The notes under the pieces are model-generated. The model ran no database searches, was not told where the DNA came from, and was given only the letters and a program-made list of their open reading frames with translations. DNA of 55,162 nucleotides, filler included, from Thelocarpon superellum (Eukaryota): the NCBI GenBank assembly GCA_026025795.1. It is 2 parts of 2 records of this genome, joined end to end, with 100 filler letters (N's around TTAATTAATTAA, not from the genome) between each part and the next. Parts side by side here need not be neighbours in the genome. Positions count along the whole stretch, not along the records: positions 27,654 to 55,162 come from JAPEUG010000244.1; 1 more part is not named here. One strand, written 5' to 3'. Position 1 is the first letter of the stretch; every line of letters starts with the position of its first letter. The translations under genes were made by a program, and so were the position numbers. This document shows, one piece after another, positions 36,640 to 50,259 of the stretch.

Positions 36640-37338
36640 CTACATGCGTAGGGTGGTGCCTTCAACCACAGGGCCGTCTTGGAAAAAGCTCGGAGGGGCG
36701 CCTACTTCCTCGGCGTCCCAATCTTCATCGTCGGATGTAAGCCGGCGGTCTGGTGGACGTAACGGTGTCGATTGGGTAGCAGCGGTGCTATTGATCGAGC
36801 TGACGGGTATCTCCGCCTGATTGATGATGATCAACTCGGGAAGGATGGCAACTTCTGCATACACATGCTTGTTTTGATCCTCCACCAGCCCGACGAACAG
36901 AGTTGGAGCCGGGTGCTGCCTGCTGTGGTTCAGGAGGATGCGAAGCAGGGCAGCGTAGTCGCTCCAGGTCATGTTCAAGGACGTCGGTGCTGCTTCTGTA
37001 GATTTAACAATCAGGCTGAGGTGACCAAAGGAAGTCTTGAAATACGGTTGTGGCTTTTCTGTCGCGGCGTGTTCTGACGCCTCACTGATGGCGGCTTCGA
37101 GCGCTTGGCTGAGATTGCCAGCCCCGTAGCGTACCGCGGTCAGCGAGACATTCGGGCTGACTTGAATGGTGCCATGCGCGTACGCAAGGCTGAAACGTTG
37201 CGTCTGACCATCGGGAGAGCTTGACCGTGGGAATGTGTTAGGCAGCGGAGCCAAGGCGATGTCCGCCTCAGCCCTGACCACATCTAATGTGGCCGTGAGG
37301 AGGAGAAGCGAGGTAACAACGATCGAGGACCAGTGCAT
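36640..37338 (-). CDS. Hypothetical secreted protein, 232 aa (possibly the remnant of a longer gene)
   Basis: Signal peptide MHWSSIVVTSLLLLTATLDVVRA followed by a long open frame. No recognisable family. Confidence 0.65.
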   Translation of the reverse strand: MHWSSIVVTSLLLLTATLDVVRAEADIALAPLPNTFPRSSSPDGQTQRFSLAYAHGTIQVSPNVSLTAVRYGAGNLSQALEAAISEASEHAATEKPQPYFKTSFGHLSLIVKSTEAAPTSLNMTWSDYAALLRILLNHSRQHPAPTLFVGLVEDQNKHVYAEVAILPELIIINQAEIPVSSINSTAATQSTPLRPPDRRLTSDDEDWDAEEVGAPPSFFQDGPVVEGTTLRM

Positions 37339-40300
37339 TCTTCACCGTGTCCGCAAGGCAAATGGCGCCCCTCTGTCGATGAGCTCTTGATTCTGGAGCA
37401 CACTCAAAGGGTCTCGACATTCCATGAGCCTCCGCTTCGACGGGATCGATAAGCAGCGCATCGACCTACTTCTGGAAGGCGTTGCGGTCTGAGAGAGAAT
37501 ATCATCAAGAATGGTTAGTGTCCAAAAACGGTGCAGGGGATGGTGAACGAAAGGCATCTGGGAGGATGCCGACCAACCCCGCATATTTTGAGGGTATCTT
37601 TCGTGGCACAGCCACGTTGAAGAGTTACTTCAAAGAGGACTCGCACACTGGTACGGGTAGGGCTAGGTGTCCGGGATGTAACCCTAACCCTGGCGAACAC
37701 AACTGTAACGAGTGCTCCGACTGTATGTTACTCGTACTCGTACCACGGCATATTATGCTAGGTATAGGAGTCAAAGTTGATTCTGTAGTCCTTGGCAAAG
37801 GTCAATGCGCCACCGGCAAGTCGTGGATGATCGCATGCATATGTGATAGCCCTGCGCAAAGGGCATGCTGAAGTATTGGGCGAAGATAGGAACGCAGTTG
37901 CCATGCTCGAGATGCTCGTCAAGTTGACATTGTCCAGGTTGTCGCTAGAGGTCACCACGCCTTACCCGCGTGAGAACCCTCTTTGCCTGCTGTTGGCAGC
38001 TGAACGGAATGACACAATCATGCCTCAGTATGTTTTGGTGGCAGCCCGGTGTAACAGAGCACCAGCCATGTTGCTACATGGGTACACGAGAATTCGAGGT
38101 TTTAGGATGCTCTATTCACTTTCAAGCGAAGAGGGCAGTCTGTGCCGTGGGTCGCCATATCATCCCTCTCCGGGCGCACGCACGTATTTTCGAGTAAAGG
38201 ATGTGGGAGAGGCACGATGGTGTGAAAGTCCTGTGACGGCCAGTATGAAGGATCGTGGTGTAGGAGAAAGGGAATCGCCCAACATTGAGGTATCACGTAC
38301 GGCAGAATTGCATCTCCGAAATGCGCAAAGGTCTATTCGAACTAAGACGGCGTTCCTATAAGCCGACACGAAAATTTGAACAAGACTTAATGCTTGAGCA
38401 CCACAGCCAATCATTAAATCCTTCAAGGTCCAGTGGCCCAGCACCGCGTCGATTGTTTGTGTAGCGGTCACGTGATGACCTGGCCGGATCACGTGCAGAC
38501 TTGGGTCACTATCGTCTTACGGTGCAGCTCCTGCATTTGGGAGATCGTTGACAAGGTATCTATCAGATAATACCAGGATGGAAGGAGAAAGAGGGGGTGT
38601 AGATTCGAGCCTCTTCCAAGCTATCAACCTGACGTTTTACGGCTTATTGCGGAAATTAGCCATGTGGCACGACGAGATGCCTACGCTACCCATGACACTG
38701 GCTGTTGTCCCCTATCTTGATAAGTGAAAACAATTGGCGATGAAAACCAAATCCATGATCGGAGCTTCGTTCTTCCCTCTAGCTTGTCGGTCAAAGATAT
38801 GAAACAAGGAGATGGTCCTCAGCATACGCCAAATAGTAATCGCACCCAGACGCACTTTACCCATTCCAAGGGATAAGTAACCAGAGGCAATCTGGTGATT
38901 CTTGGAATTGCGGCGTCCGAGATCTCGTATCCACGGAAGCTTTAAGACTGTATTGGTTACGACGGTGTATACCGGCACAATTTATTTCTTTCTCCGGGCA
39001 CGAACAAGTCGAGGTCAGCGACCGCATGAGAAGGGTTGGAAGCTCTGGCAGCAGCCGTTAAAATGAATCGCATATAATCGAATTGTCATGGTCTCTCGTC
39101 ATCCCTGCAGCTGCAGCTACCGTAGCTGCAGATGCCGAGCCAGAGAGTGGACAAGCGCCACGAAAGTCTTTGCGCTGAGATGTGGGCGAGACAGCACGGA
39201 CTGCGGGACGGGATGGAAAGTAGCGGCTGCTCACCGCAACTCTGCTCGACGGTCCCTGTAGTGGACGAGCGAATGAGAAGTCGCTCGCGAAGCTGGGATG
39301 GATCGCACGTTTCGTGCCATCGTCCCAGCTCCACGTCCCTGGGACTTCTCGGCCCGAGCCTTTGGCTGGACAGAGAGCCACAATCTGTACTGGACTCGTA
39401 CCCGGCGCTCGCGGATATCAAAATGATGGCACGCCAGCCGGCCACGGCACGCACCGGCTCTTTGTTACTGATTGGATCGCCGTCAGGGATTCGAGCCACG
39501 GCAAGGTGTGGTTTGGCGGGACGAAGACGGCTAAAATAGTGTCTGCTGCCGGCCTCGGACAAACATAGGCGATACGACGTGGCCACATGAGGCGGAGCCG
39601 GCCACGTCGTGTGGTGTACTCGCACGCTGCCCTCGGCGCTCGCCATCCTATCGGAGCGAGCCCGAGCTTGCCCAGGCTTCCGGGACTTCTTCAGACCCGT
39701 GGGCACGGGCGCGCTGCGACCGACCATGGCGCTGGGTAGGGTGGTCCTGCCACCATCGCACGCGAGAGTGACAAGAGACATCGGCCGGGGCGCCGTGCCT
39801 GCGCCGCAAGCAGTGTGACCTCAAGCCCAAGTTGGATGCCGGCAAGGAGCCGGACGTCACCGGAGAAGACTCTTCGAGCCAGGTGACGTCGGCGTGGTGC
39901 TGGAGGTAAAGGCACGCCCTGCCTCACGTCGCGGGTCCGCGTCGCCCAGGCGTAGGCTTTTTCCGCATTGGTGTGGCACGCGGGGAGGGCCATGATCGGC
40001 GCTCGTTAGAACCTTTGTGTGGTGGGACTACTCACCTTGCAGTCGAGTCCCCGTTACCAGGCTTGCAACGCGAACGCAAACGTATAGACTAGGTGACTGG
40101 TGGGAGATATTATCGTGCAAAGACGGTGCACTTCCTGCGCGCTCTCGTCATGTGTATCCGCACGTTGGCACACGACGACACGGCGTGTTTTACTCCAAGT
40201 CCGCTGCCGTCGATCCTTTCCACCTCGTGCGTTGAGCCATCTCTGGTGCGCCCACCCCGACAGGCACCCGTGACAGATTCGTTGCGTGCCCCCAACTCCT

Positions 40301-40427
40301 GAGCGAGGTCCTGCTCGCTGTCGCCGCTACTCTCCTCCGTGTCGAAACACGCTCGCGCCCAACCTATCTTAGCAATCGTGTGCTTCATGGTCCAAGCAAG
40401 TGGAGCAACGCATTGCGATCGGACCAG

Positions 40428-42043
40428 ATGGCTCAGTACTGTTCTCTCCCGTCTCCAAGCCGAGGCCAGGGGTTGACCGCCGCCACCCTGTAGTGAAGCG
40501 GACTCCGACACGTTGTCCATTGACACGAGCTACCTGCGGATGGTCACGATCCGGGACCGACAGTTCCAGCAGTACGCCCTCGACAATCTCATCTGGTTCG
40601 CCCCTGTGGATGAGGCAAGTCAAGCCAGGAGAGAGACCGGACCACACGGACGGGGACTGACGAATCATCACGACCCCAGGAGGAGGCCGAGAGACTGAAC
40701 TTGCAGCATGAAGTCTTCAACCTCGTCTTCGACCACCGCCTGATCTTTCCCCCAATCACCACCCCCCAAAAGATCCTGGGTGAGTCTCGTGAGTGGACGC
40801 GTCGTCCCTTGGGCTGACGCCCACCCAGACTGTGGTTATGGATCGGCTGCTTGGGCCATCGACGTGGCCGAGCAGTTCCCAGATTCCGAGGTGAGCGCTG
40901 GGCGCCTGGTAACCGCGTCGTGATTCTGACGTCGGGCGAACAGATTGTCGGCGTCGACATTTCGCCTCAGCTAAAGCCGGACGAGACACCAGAGAACCTG
41001 TGGCTGCAAGTGAGTCTCCCTACCGTGGATCGTGTCGGCGCGGCGAAGGGCGTCTTGGCGAGGTCTTGCCGCAAGCCCGTCGGCCAAGAACACTGCGCGT
41101 GCGAGATCGTGTTGGAGCTGTCCATCGAGAAGGCGATACCCTCGGCGCGATCGAAGGCAGCCCGCATGGTCCTTGCGGGCTGGTGACTGGCGCACGGCGG
41201 CGATACACGGAGTCCAGGGATGAAGGGTGGCTAACCATCAACCGTGCCGAAGCTGGACGACTTGAACAAACGTTTCACCTTCCCACCCAACTCCTTCGAC
41301 TTGGTCCATTCCCGGCTCGTGGCGAACGGCATCAACCGGGATCGATGGCCACAGTACCTGCGGGATATCAAGAGGTATGGGCCCGAGGAGGCTGGAATTG
41401 TACACTCAATCCCGATGACGGTCAAGCTGAGGTGGATGATAGGGCCCTGAAACCCGGTGGGTGGGTGCAAATGGTAGAGCTCTACTACAATTGTCAATCC
41501 GATAATGGTTCCTTGACGGACGACCACGCCCTGCGCCAGTGGAGTTCCCAGTATCTCTCATCCATGGATGGTCTGAAGGACCTTCGGGCTCCGATGAGGC
41601 TCGCGCAGATGATGAGGGATGCGGGCCTGGTCGATCTCGAGACACGCATGATCCCGTTGCCGCTTTGTGCATGGTCCAATGGTGAGCGCTGATGTTTTCA
41701 TGGCCCATTCAGCTTCTGCCTTGACTCACTCCCATTCGAGCCGGTGGATGTATTCCGTCATTGACCGATGCCAGTGCCACGAGAACGCGAAATCGGACGA
41801 CGTAATAATGAAAACGCATGCCGACTGTTGTACTCCATGGCATTGTATCCCTTCATGGAGCTTCTCGGGATGTCGGAGCAGTCACTGTTGGTTCTGATCG
41901 CTCATGCGCGACGTGAGGCGTCAGATCCGTCGCTGAAGCCGTACTTCCCGTTGTGCGTTCTCACGTCGAATCCCGAAAGGAACGGCCGTGCTGACCACAG
42001 GTATAGGTACGTGTGCATTGCCAGGAAGCCTGGCGGGCGATGA
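40428..42043 (+). CDS. LaeA-like/TAM-domain SAM-dependent methyltransferase, multi-exon (start uncertain)
   Basis: Spliced: FAPVDE|EEAERLNLQHEVFNLVFDHRLIFPP..KIL|DCGYGSAAWAIDVAEQFPDSE|IVGVDIS..PENLWLQ|LDDLN..FDLVHSR..|ALKPGGWVQMVE...YVCIARKP. Confidence 0.88.
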
Positions 42044-43641
42044 TCCTTGGAATGGCTGGACGGAAACCAGGAGGTGGCGCGAGACCGAGGTGCCCGGCCG
42101 ACCAAGGGCTCGAGATTGGCCCGTTCCTTTGCCCTTTGGACGAAGCAGGCATTTCTTTCGCTCCGCTCCTGTACCCTCGTGTAAGTCCTTCAGAGAATAG
42201 TCAGTCATCAACAGTCTCCAGGACGGTCTTGGTCCCTGCCACGGGCACGAAGGAGTAGTAGGTCCTCGTCCTCGAAAGTGCCCAAGATCGGGCGCCATGG
42301 CCGCGTGGGCCTTGACTCGTAGCCACCTCCCAAGCTCGGGCGGACAGGCGTCTGGACGAGTAGAGAGCCTAGCTGACGGCTCCGGCGAATCCGCGGCGGG
42401 CGGTCGGTGCGCGATACGGGCAGACGTCCGGCAGACAAGCACGCAAGGACGACATGACGTCTTGACCTCCTCAGCCAGGTTCAGGGTCAGAGTCACGGGG
42501 GTGATCTATGGGGCTAAGTGGAGAGGATTGAGAGGAGAATGGGCCCCGAATCGGTGCAGGAAGGGTGGAACGGGTGCGTCGGTCCGCTGAGTGGGATTAG
42601 GCGGTGACGAGGGGCACCCCCAAAGGGATGGGGAGCAATGGGCAGCATCACGGTGCATCGGCAGCAACGAGCATGAGAGAGGGCACAGAGAACATGATAT
42701 CGACGGCGATGGAGGTGCGGCGAGGTCGACGGCAATTGAGACGCGGGACGAGCGCGTTGGGCCGTCCAGCAGATCGGGCACCTGGCACCTGGCACCTGGG
42801 CATCGGGACATTATTCCGGGCATTCTGGGCTTGCTGGGTGGTCCGATGGACCTCCACGTCCCAGGGCAACGGTACCGAGCTGGTTGGCTCCAGCCCAGCG
42901 TAGGTGCGTTGGCCGGAAACAGTATAGCAGACGCAGAGCAAAGCACAAGTGGGCCCATCTCGTCACACAAAGGGGGAGGGCGCACGGGTGGACATGGGAA
43001 TGACCTTGAATTGTGCGTCGTCTCGAACGTATCTATCTACCGTCGTTTCGCTGTTGGGGCTGTTTCGTTGATGCACGAATTCCTCCCCGGCCTCAAGCTG
43101 ACGTTCTGCCTTCCACGCTGGGGACACGCTCGATAACGGGCCGACGGCGCGTCGGGCGCGTCTCCCGGGCGGTGGCTGGTGGCTGATGGCCCTGACGGCG
43201 ACGTCCCTGGAGCAGCTTTGACTTTTCGGGGATGCCGGGACGACTGGCACCTCGCATTGCATGTTAGTCACGGGGGCGACTAACTCGTCCATCTGCCCCC
43301 ATCGGCACTGAAGCTGTTCGTTTTCGCTCGGATGGGAGAGCGAGTAGTTGCTCGTAGTCTCTCGCATTTGCTCCGTGCCAGGAACGCTTCCTTCCAGCCT
43401 TCCAGATCTCCAGGGAGTATGAGCACCCGTCGCGCTGTCCACATCAGCGCCAAAGCTCGGAAGCCTCGTATCCGCCGGAGCTTCAATTACCACAACGCTA
43501 ATCCCCGTCCATGCCTCTTGTCCCACACGTCACCTCTATCGACGCACCCGATCGCATCTCGTTAGCTCTGGACGCGATCTCTGGCCCACGCGCCCTTCTT
43601 CGTTGACATCTGCTACGGCCCGTCCAACAATTTCGTCGCGC

Positions 43642-44335
43642 ATGGCGACGCGTCATTTGATGCGCCCGTGGCGGCTGTGCGCATCATGCAGACACTTGAC
43701 TACGAGCAATGAGCCAGGCGCTCCTCCCATACTGCTCAAGCTCCGGTATGTCCGGCCCGGCCCAAGCTACGTGCACAATGCCAGTTCATTGACTGGCTCC
43801 TGTCCCTTCAGATCCGATCTAAAGGCTGCTCTCAAGGCTAAAGACGCTAACCGGTTTGTGGTCCCGTGCCATAGGCCAGCCCCCCCCGCAGCTGTCCTTG
43901 GCAGCGGACGATGCTGATGCCAGACCCAACAGACTCAACGTGCTGCGAGCCCTCCTCGCCGACACCACGAATCTGGCCAAAAGCAACAAGCCTGTCCAGA
44001 CTGATCTTCAAGTCCTCTCTCTCATACGCAAACGTGCCACAGCCGGGAAATCGGCGGCATCGGAGTTCGGCCAAGCCAAGCGGGATGATCTGAAGGCCAA
44101 AGAAGAGGCCCAGGTCCATGTGCTGGAAGAGTACGCAGGCTCCATTGAGACGATTCCCGAGGCAGAGATCCAACTTGCCGTCCAGCGAACCGTCGAAAGC
44201 CTGAAAAGGGATGGCGGAAGACTAGACCTGGGCACCGTGCTGAAGAGAGTGCTTGGGAAAGATGGCCTGCTGGAGGGTCGGCCAGTGGAAACCGGCGAGG
44301 TCGCGCGACTGGTCAAAAGTTCTCTTGCGAGCTGA
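43642..44335 (+). CDS. AIM41: Mitochondrial YqeY/GatB-domain protein
   Basis: Presequence-like N-terminus, then PPILLKLR|SDLKAALKAKDANR|LNVLRALLAD...SAASEFGQAKRDDLKAKEEAQVHVLEEY. Confidence 0.85.
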
Positions 44336-44478
44336 TGGCTAGTTCCAGCGCCTATCAGAGACAATGTATACACTCGGGGCTTCGGCGTCGACAATGAATC
44401 AATCCACTCTTGACCAGAAGCTCGATGCATCCTGGAAGGATCGAGCTGGTGGCGCGGAAAGTCAGCGGCAGGAATCTT

Positions 44479-45558
44479 TCAGCCAAAAGACCCAAAGACC
44501 ACCGCCTGCCCGGAGTGATGGTGCTGCGCCTGCAGGGATTCCTCGACCATGATGAGAAGATGCGTGGTGCGGATCAGCAGCTCTGGCGCCTTTGAGCATA
44601 TTGTGCATGATGAGTTCCCTAGGGCCGATGCTCACCTTCGAGATCTACCGTGTAGCTCACAGCCAGATCCTCACCGTCGCGGATGAGGATGGGTTGAGGC
44701 CTTCGCCATGCGTCCTCTTTCACCCGCACGCGGATACCAGAGCGTTGCTTCTCGTCAATCCATAGAATGGGGCCGGAGGACATCCCCCCTTCAGTTGCGC
44801 CGTTCGTGGCACTTGAATCATCAAGTCCAGGGGCCGTGTCCGCGGCCTGGCTGGCAAGCCAACGGCGCCATATTCGCACCGTCCCTTCACTGACCGTGAT
44901 GAGGCTCCGGAAGATGCCCCCTCGAGGGCCATCACGGACTAGATGTGCGGCAGTACAGAGTTGCGAGAAGGGCTCATCGGCATCCAAGGACACGGAATGA
45001 CTGACGCAGGGCTTGAGCCAATTGGAGGTCGATGATACAGACGTGCTCGGGCCGGTCGACGTACCACCGGGTGGATCGGGCGGACTGCCCGCCGGGTGGG
45101 GCCGATACCGTCGACCAGTTTCTGGCTTCAGGGGCCGGAAATGCGAGTAAGTACCCGCAAGCTTGCCCAGGCGTCCCGTCCTCCGCATGTCCTCGTACAG
45201 ACTGCCTTCGCCCTCGGTCGTCTCGCTCAAGCCGTCCGTCCCGAGGTAGTCACAGTACATTGGTGGTGAGGTCGATTTGGCACTGGGGTGGTAGCATTCG
45301 AGCATCAATCTCTGATCCTCCAGCGATGCGGCCAGGAGCAGCCGATGTTGTAAGATGCGGACGATGACATCGTGGAAGCGCGAGGAGACCGCCGTGACGG
45401 GGAGCAGCGTGCGGGTTGGGAGGCGCCCCAGAATCTGAATGAGTAGCTAAGCGGCGTGAGTAGGGCAACCACATAGAACAAGCGCCTCCGGGGCGAGAAG
45501 CCCGCACCTCGTTGGGGAGAGACTCCAAGGTCAGCCCCGGAGTACTTGCTCGCGACAT
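44479..45558 (-). CDS. F-box domain protein
   Basis: LTLESLPNE|ILGRLPTRTLLPVTAVSSRFHDVI (F-box pattern), then LECYHPS...CDYLGTDGL, and a last exon ELLIRTTHLL...AVVFGSFG*. Confidence 0.8.
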
Positions 45559-46034
45559 CGCGTCTCTCCAACGCCAGGAGTGAATGACATCCTCTAGCTA
45601 AGGGAAACGAGGCGACTAATTTATACGATGATGAGAACACGTGTCGTGCAGCTGTATAATCTCGTAGCCATGGGCGGCTGCAGCGTACGGTGGCCACGGG
45701 TCCTGCGTCGGCCTAGATCAACGGGTCCATTGACCCTGAATCCCTCGTCGGAACGATCGATTTCGTCCGCTTCACTACCAGCAAAACGTGCTAGTAGGGT
45801 GTTCGAGAGGGCCTCTCGTTTTCCTACGTCATGCATTGTCCGTCCCTCATTCTCGGTTACCCCAAGTGAATGGCTACGAGCACAGGTCGAAACGGTGTGC
45901 CACATGGCATGAATGCGTCGGCGGTAACCTAGGTCGATCCTAGCCCTACCCCTCATCCACCGGCTTTCCACGGCTGAACATGACCTTTCCATTCTTTCCT
46001 TTACCTCTTCCCCTCTGACGGCCTTCTGATTTGA

Positions 46035-47460
<1,426 letters not shown>

Positions 47461-47572
47461 AGGGATGTACCTAGCTACTACACGCCGACCAAGAAAGGTT
47501 TTCCGACCCCCCGAGTACATGGTGCAGAAGAGCAAGTGCATGCCGGGTGGCATTGACTCTTGCAGATCGTCA

Positions 47573-48050
47573 CTACGCCGGAACGTAGTAGCTCCAGGCG
47601 GTGAACATCCAGACCAAGGTGAAGCTTGCAACGCAGATGGGGAAGGCGAGGGGCAAGTCCCAGCTGGTGGTGCGAAAGTATCGCCACTCGCTCACAAAGT
47701 GGAAAAAGGCGATGCCGTGAGCCCAGAGCGTCATCTGGTAAATGGTGGGATCGTTGATGTGGTAGGCAGCATAGAAGCGAATGACGCTGGTGAGGAGGGT
47801 CCAGGTGCCGAAGGTACGTGCGCTGAGTGGATTTACGGCCTCGGGCGAGTAGACGCGCCGGGTGTAATGGAGGGTATTGTAGGCCTGGATGCTGTTGCCG
47901 GTGCCGGTGACGGCAACCTGAGGGCGAGGGTCAATTTCCTGTGCGAAGGGTGGGAAGGGGAGGAGAGGAGAAGAACGACAGGCATACCAGGAGCAGCCAG
48001 AGCGGAAGGAAACCATCATGCGGCGGAAGCATCGATCGGAGCGTGTCCAT
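47573..48050 (-). CDS. ERG28: Ergosterol biosynthesis scaffold protein Erg28
   Basis: MDTLRSMLPPHDGFLPLWLLL|VAVTGTGNSIQAY...PLSARTFGTWTLLTSVIRFYAAY...HFVSEW. Confidence 0.92.
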
Positions 48051-48482
48051 GCTGGGCCGTTTCAAAGACAATCAGCCAGTTGAGTCTTCACGAAGCTGGG
48101 AGAGGGTCACGAATACCCTCTACTGTCGTCCTCGTCTCCACCATCAGCAGATTTATAGGACTGTCACCGAGCTTTATCGTTAGCTTGCCTTTCCTGAGTT
48201 TTCCGAGTTCACCCCAAGTTGGCCCCAGCCACCCTCGGAGTGATCGACACTCGAGCGGCTTTCGGTTAGGCCGTCCTCGCACCGCGCACGACGGTGGATC
48301 TCGCCGGACGAGCAAGGGCTGTTTAGCGTATGAAGTACGGGGTCGACTGCGAGCCAACCAGCTCGGCTGCTCACGATGCGTACTCATAACATACCGTAAC
48401 GAACGTTCACCTGTACGCGGCCGTGAAATTCGATCAGTTCGACAAACGGCCCTACTCAATATCATCCTGCCTGCCAGTCATC

Positions 48483-49582
48483 ATGGACCACGCCTCTTCC
48501 ATCTACACGGCTTTCCAAGACTACATTTCGAGTCCCGCGATGATCTCCAATTCCGCCATGCTCGTGCTTGCAAGCATTGGCCTGATTTTTGTGGGGGCCA
48601 AGCTGATGTCCTACGCGAGGCTCCTGCTGAGCATTTTCGTGCTCCCTGGACAGTCGGTCCGTCGGCCCCTTCTGACTGCTGATCGCTGAGATGGTCTGCT
48701 GACGGCTTGTGATAGCTCCGCACCTTTGGGCCCAAGGGGTCATGGGCGGTGGTGACGGGAGCTTCGGACGGCATCGGCAAGGAATTCGCCATTCAGCTGG
48801 CGCAGAAAGGCTTCAATCTGATCCTTATCTCGCGCACGGAAAGCAAACTGCAGACGCTGGCCCACGAGATCGAGGCCAAATACGCGGGCTCGGCGGTCAA
48901 GACCAAGATTCTCGCCATGGACTTTGCCAAGAACCAGGACGACGACTACGCACGATTGAAGGGCATGGTAGAGGGCTTGGACGTGGCCATCCTCATCAAC
49001 AACGTGGGGAAATCCCATGACATGCCGGTGCCCTTTATCCTCACCCCCAAGCAAGAGATGGCAGACATCATCATGATCAATTGCATGGGCACGTTGAAGG
49101 TCACGCAGATCGTGACGCCTGGGATGACGCAACGAAGGCGGGGATTGATTCTCACCATGGGCTCTATGGGGGGTCTCCTGCCCACGCCCTTGCTCGCGAC
49201 CTACTCCGGTAGCAAGGCCTTCCTGCAGCAATGGTCAACGGCGCTTGGGTCGGAACTCAAGCCCCATGGGGTGCAGGTCGAGCTTGTCATCAGCTATCTC
49301 GTGACCTCGGCCATGTCGAAGATCCGGCGACCCAGCGCGCTGGTGCCAAACCCCCGCAACTTTGTGAAAACCGTGCTGGCCAAGATCGGCTGCAGTGGCG
49401 GTGCTCAGGATCTGGCGCATACCTCGACTCCCTACTGGAGCCACGCGCTCGTGCATTGGTTCTTGGCCTCCTTTACTGGACTCTCCGGCAACCTGGTGGT
49501 CGATCGGAACCGCATCATGCACGAAGACATCCGTCGGAAGGCGTTGAAGAAGAAGGAGAGGGATGCCAAGAAAGTCACGTAG
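48483..49582 (+). CDS. IFA38: Very-long-chain 3-oxoacyl-CoA reductase (SDR)
   Basis: [25 protein letters not shown], the YxxxK motif in [23 protein letters not shown] and a C-terminal KK ER-retrieval-like end. Confidence 0.93.
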
Positions 49583-50259
49583 CTCGGCCAGAGCTCGTAT
49601 GGCTGGGGCCTTGACCCAGGGGCGGGCATGGTGGAATAGGCTATAGTAGCGGACCAATGCCACCACCTTCATTTACGACCATCACCAGAACTAAGCATGC
49701 TGAGTAGAGCTCCACCTCACCCTGCGCTCAGTTTTTATTGGCAGTCGCCGTCGTCGAGAAGGAAAAGGTATGACAGCCTGTAAGGGTGTCGATGGTGAAA
49801 TTCGAGCAGCGACCAGATTTCTGTGTCAATCACACCGCGCGTGGGCGCCGTTCCTGGCACTAAACCCATCTGGCTCTAGTGTCGGAAGCTCAGGAAGTAG
49901 CTGGCACAGCAAGCGTGGTTGGCGCGCCGCCCACACGACAAGACGGCGGTGGAGCGAACTGGTATTATTGTACGCCTAGGTCGCTTCGAAAGTTTTGGCT
50001 CGCTGAGCTCTCAATAATAGCTGATGCTGGTAGAAGTGCGTCCGGCGTTGGTGCACGCGCTTTGTTCCGCCGGCTCCAGTGACGACACTGTCATCAGAGG
50101 CACAACCTCTCCATCATCCCACGGGAGGTTGTCGGGATATTCCGGCCCACCTCGCATCAGCGTTGCTTTGCGTGTGCGCTGTTGGATTGCCTCTCGGCTC
50201 GTCCTCAGTGGCCAGCCCATCCTGAGCCGCCTCCATCTCGCGTCATCAGGTCGCCCACG

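Noticed and set aside
37400..40400. Short ORFs and an AT-richer patch (about 38300-39070) suggesting a relic gene or TE
   Set aside because: No motifs, terminal repeats or consistent exon structure found.
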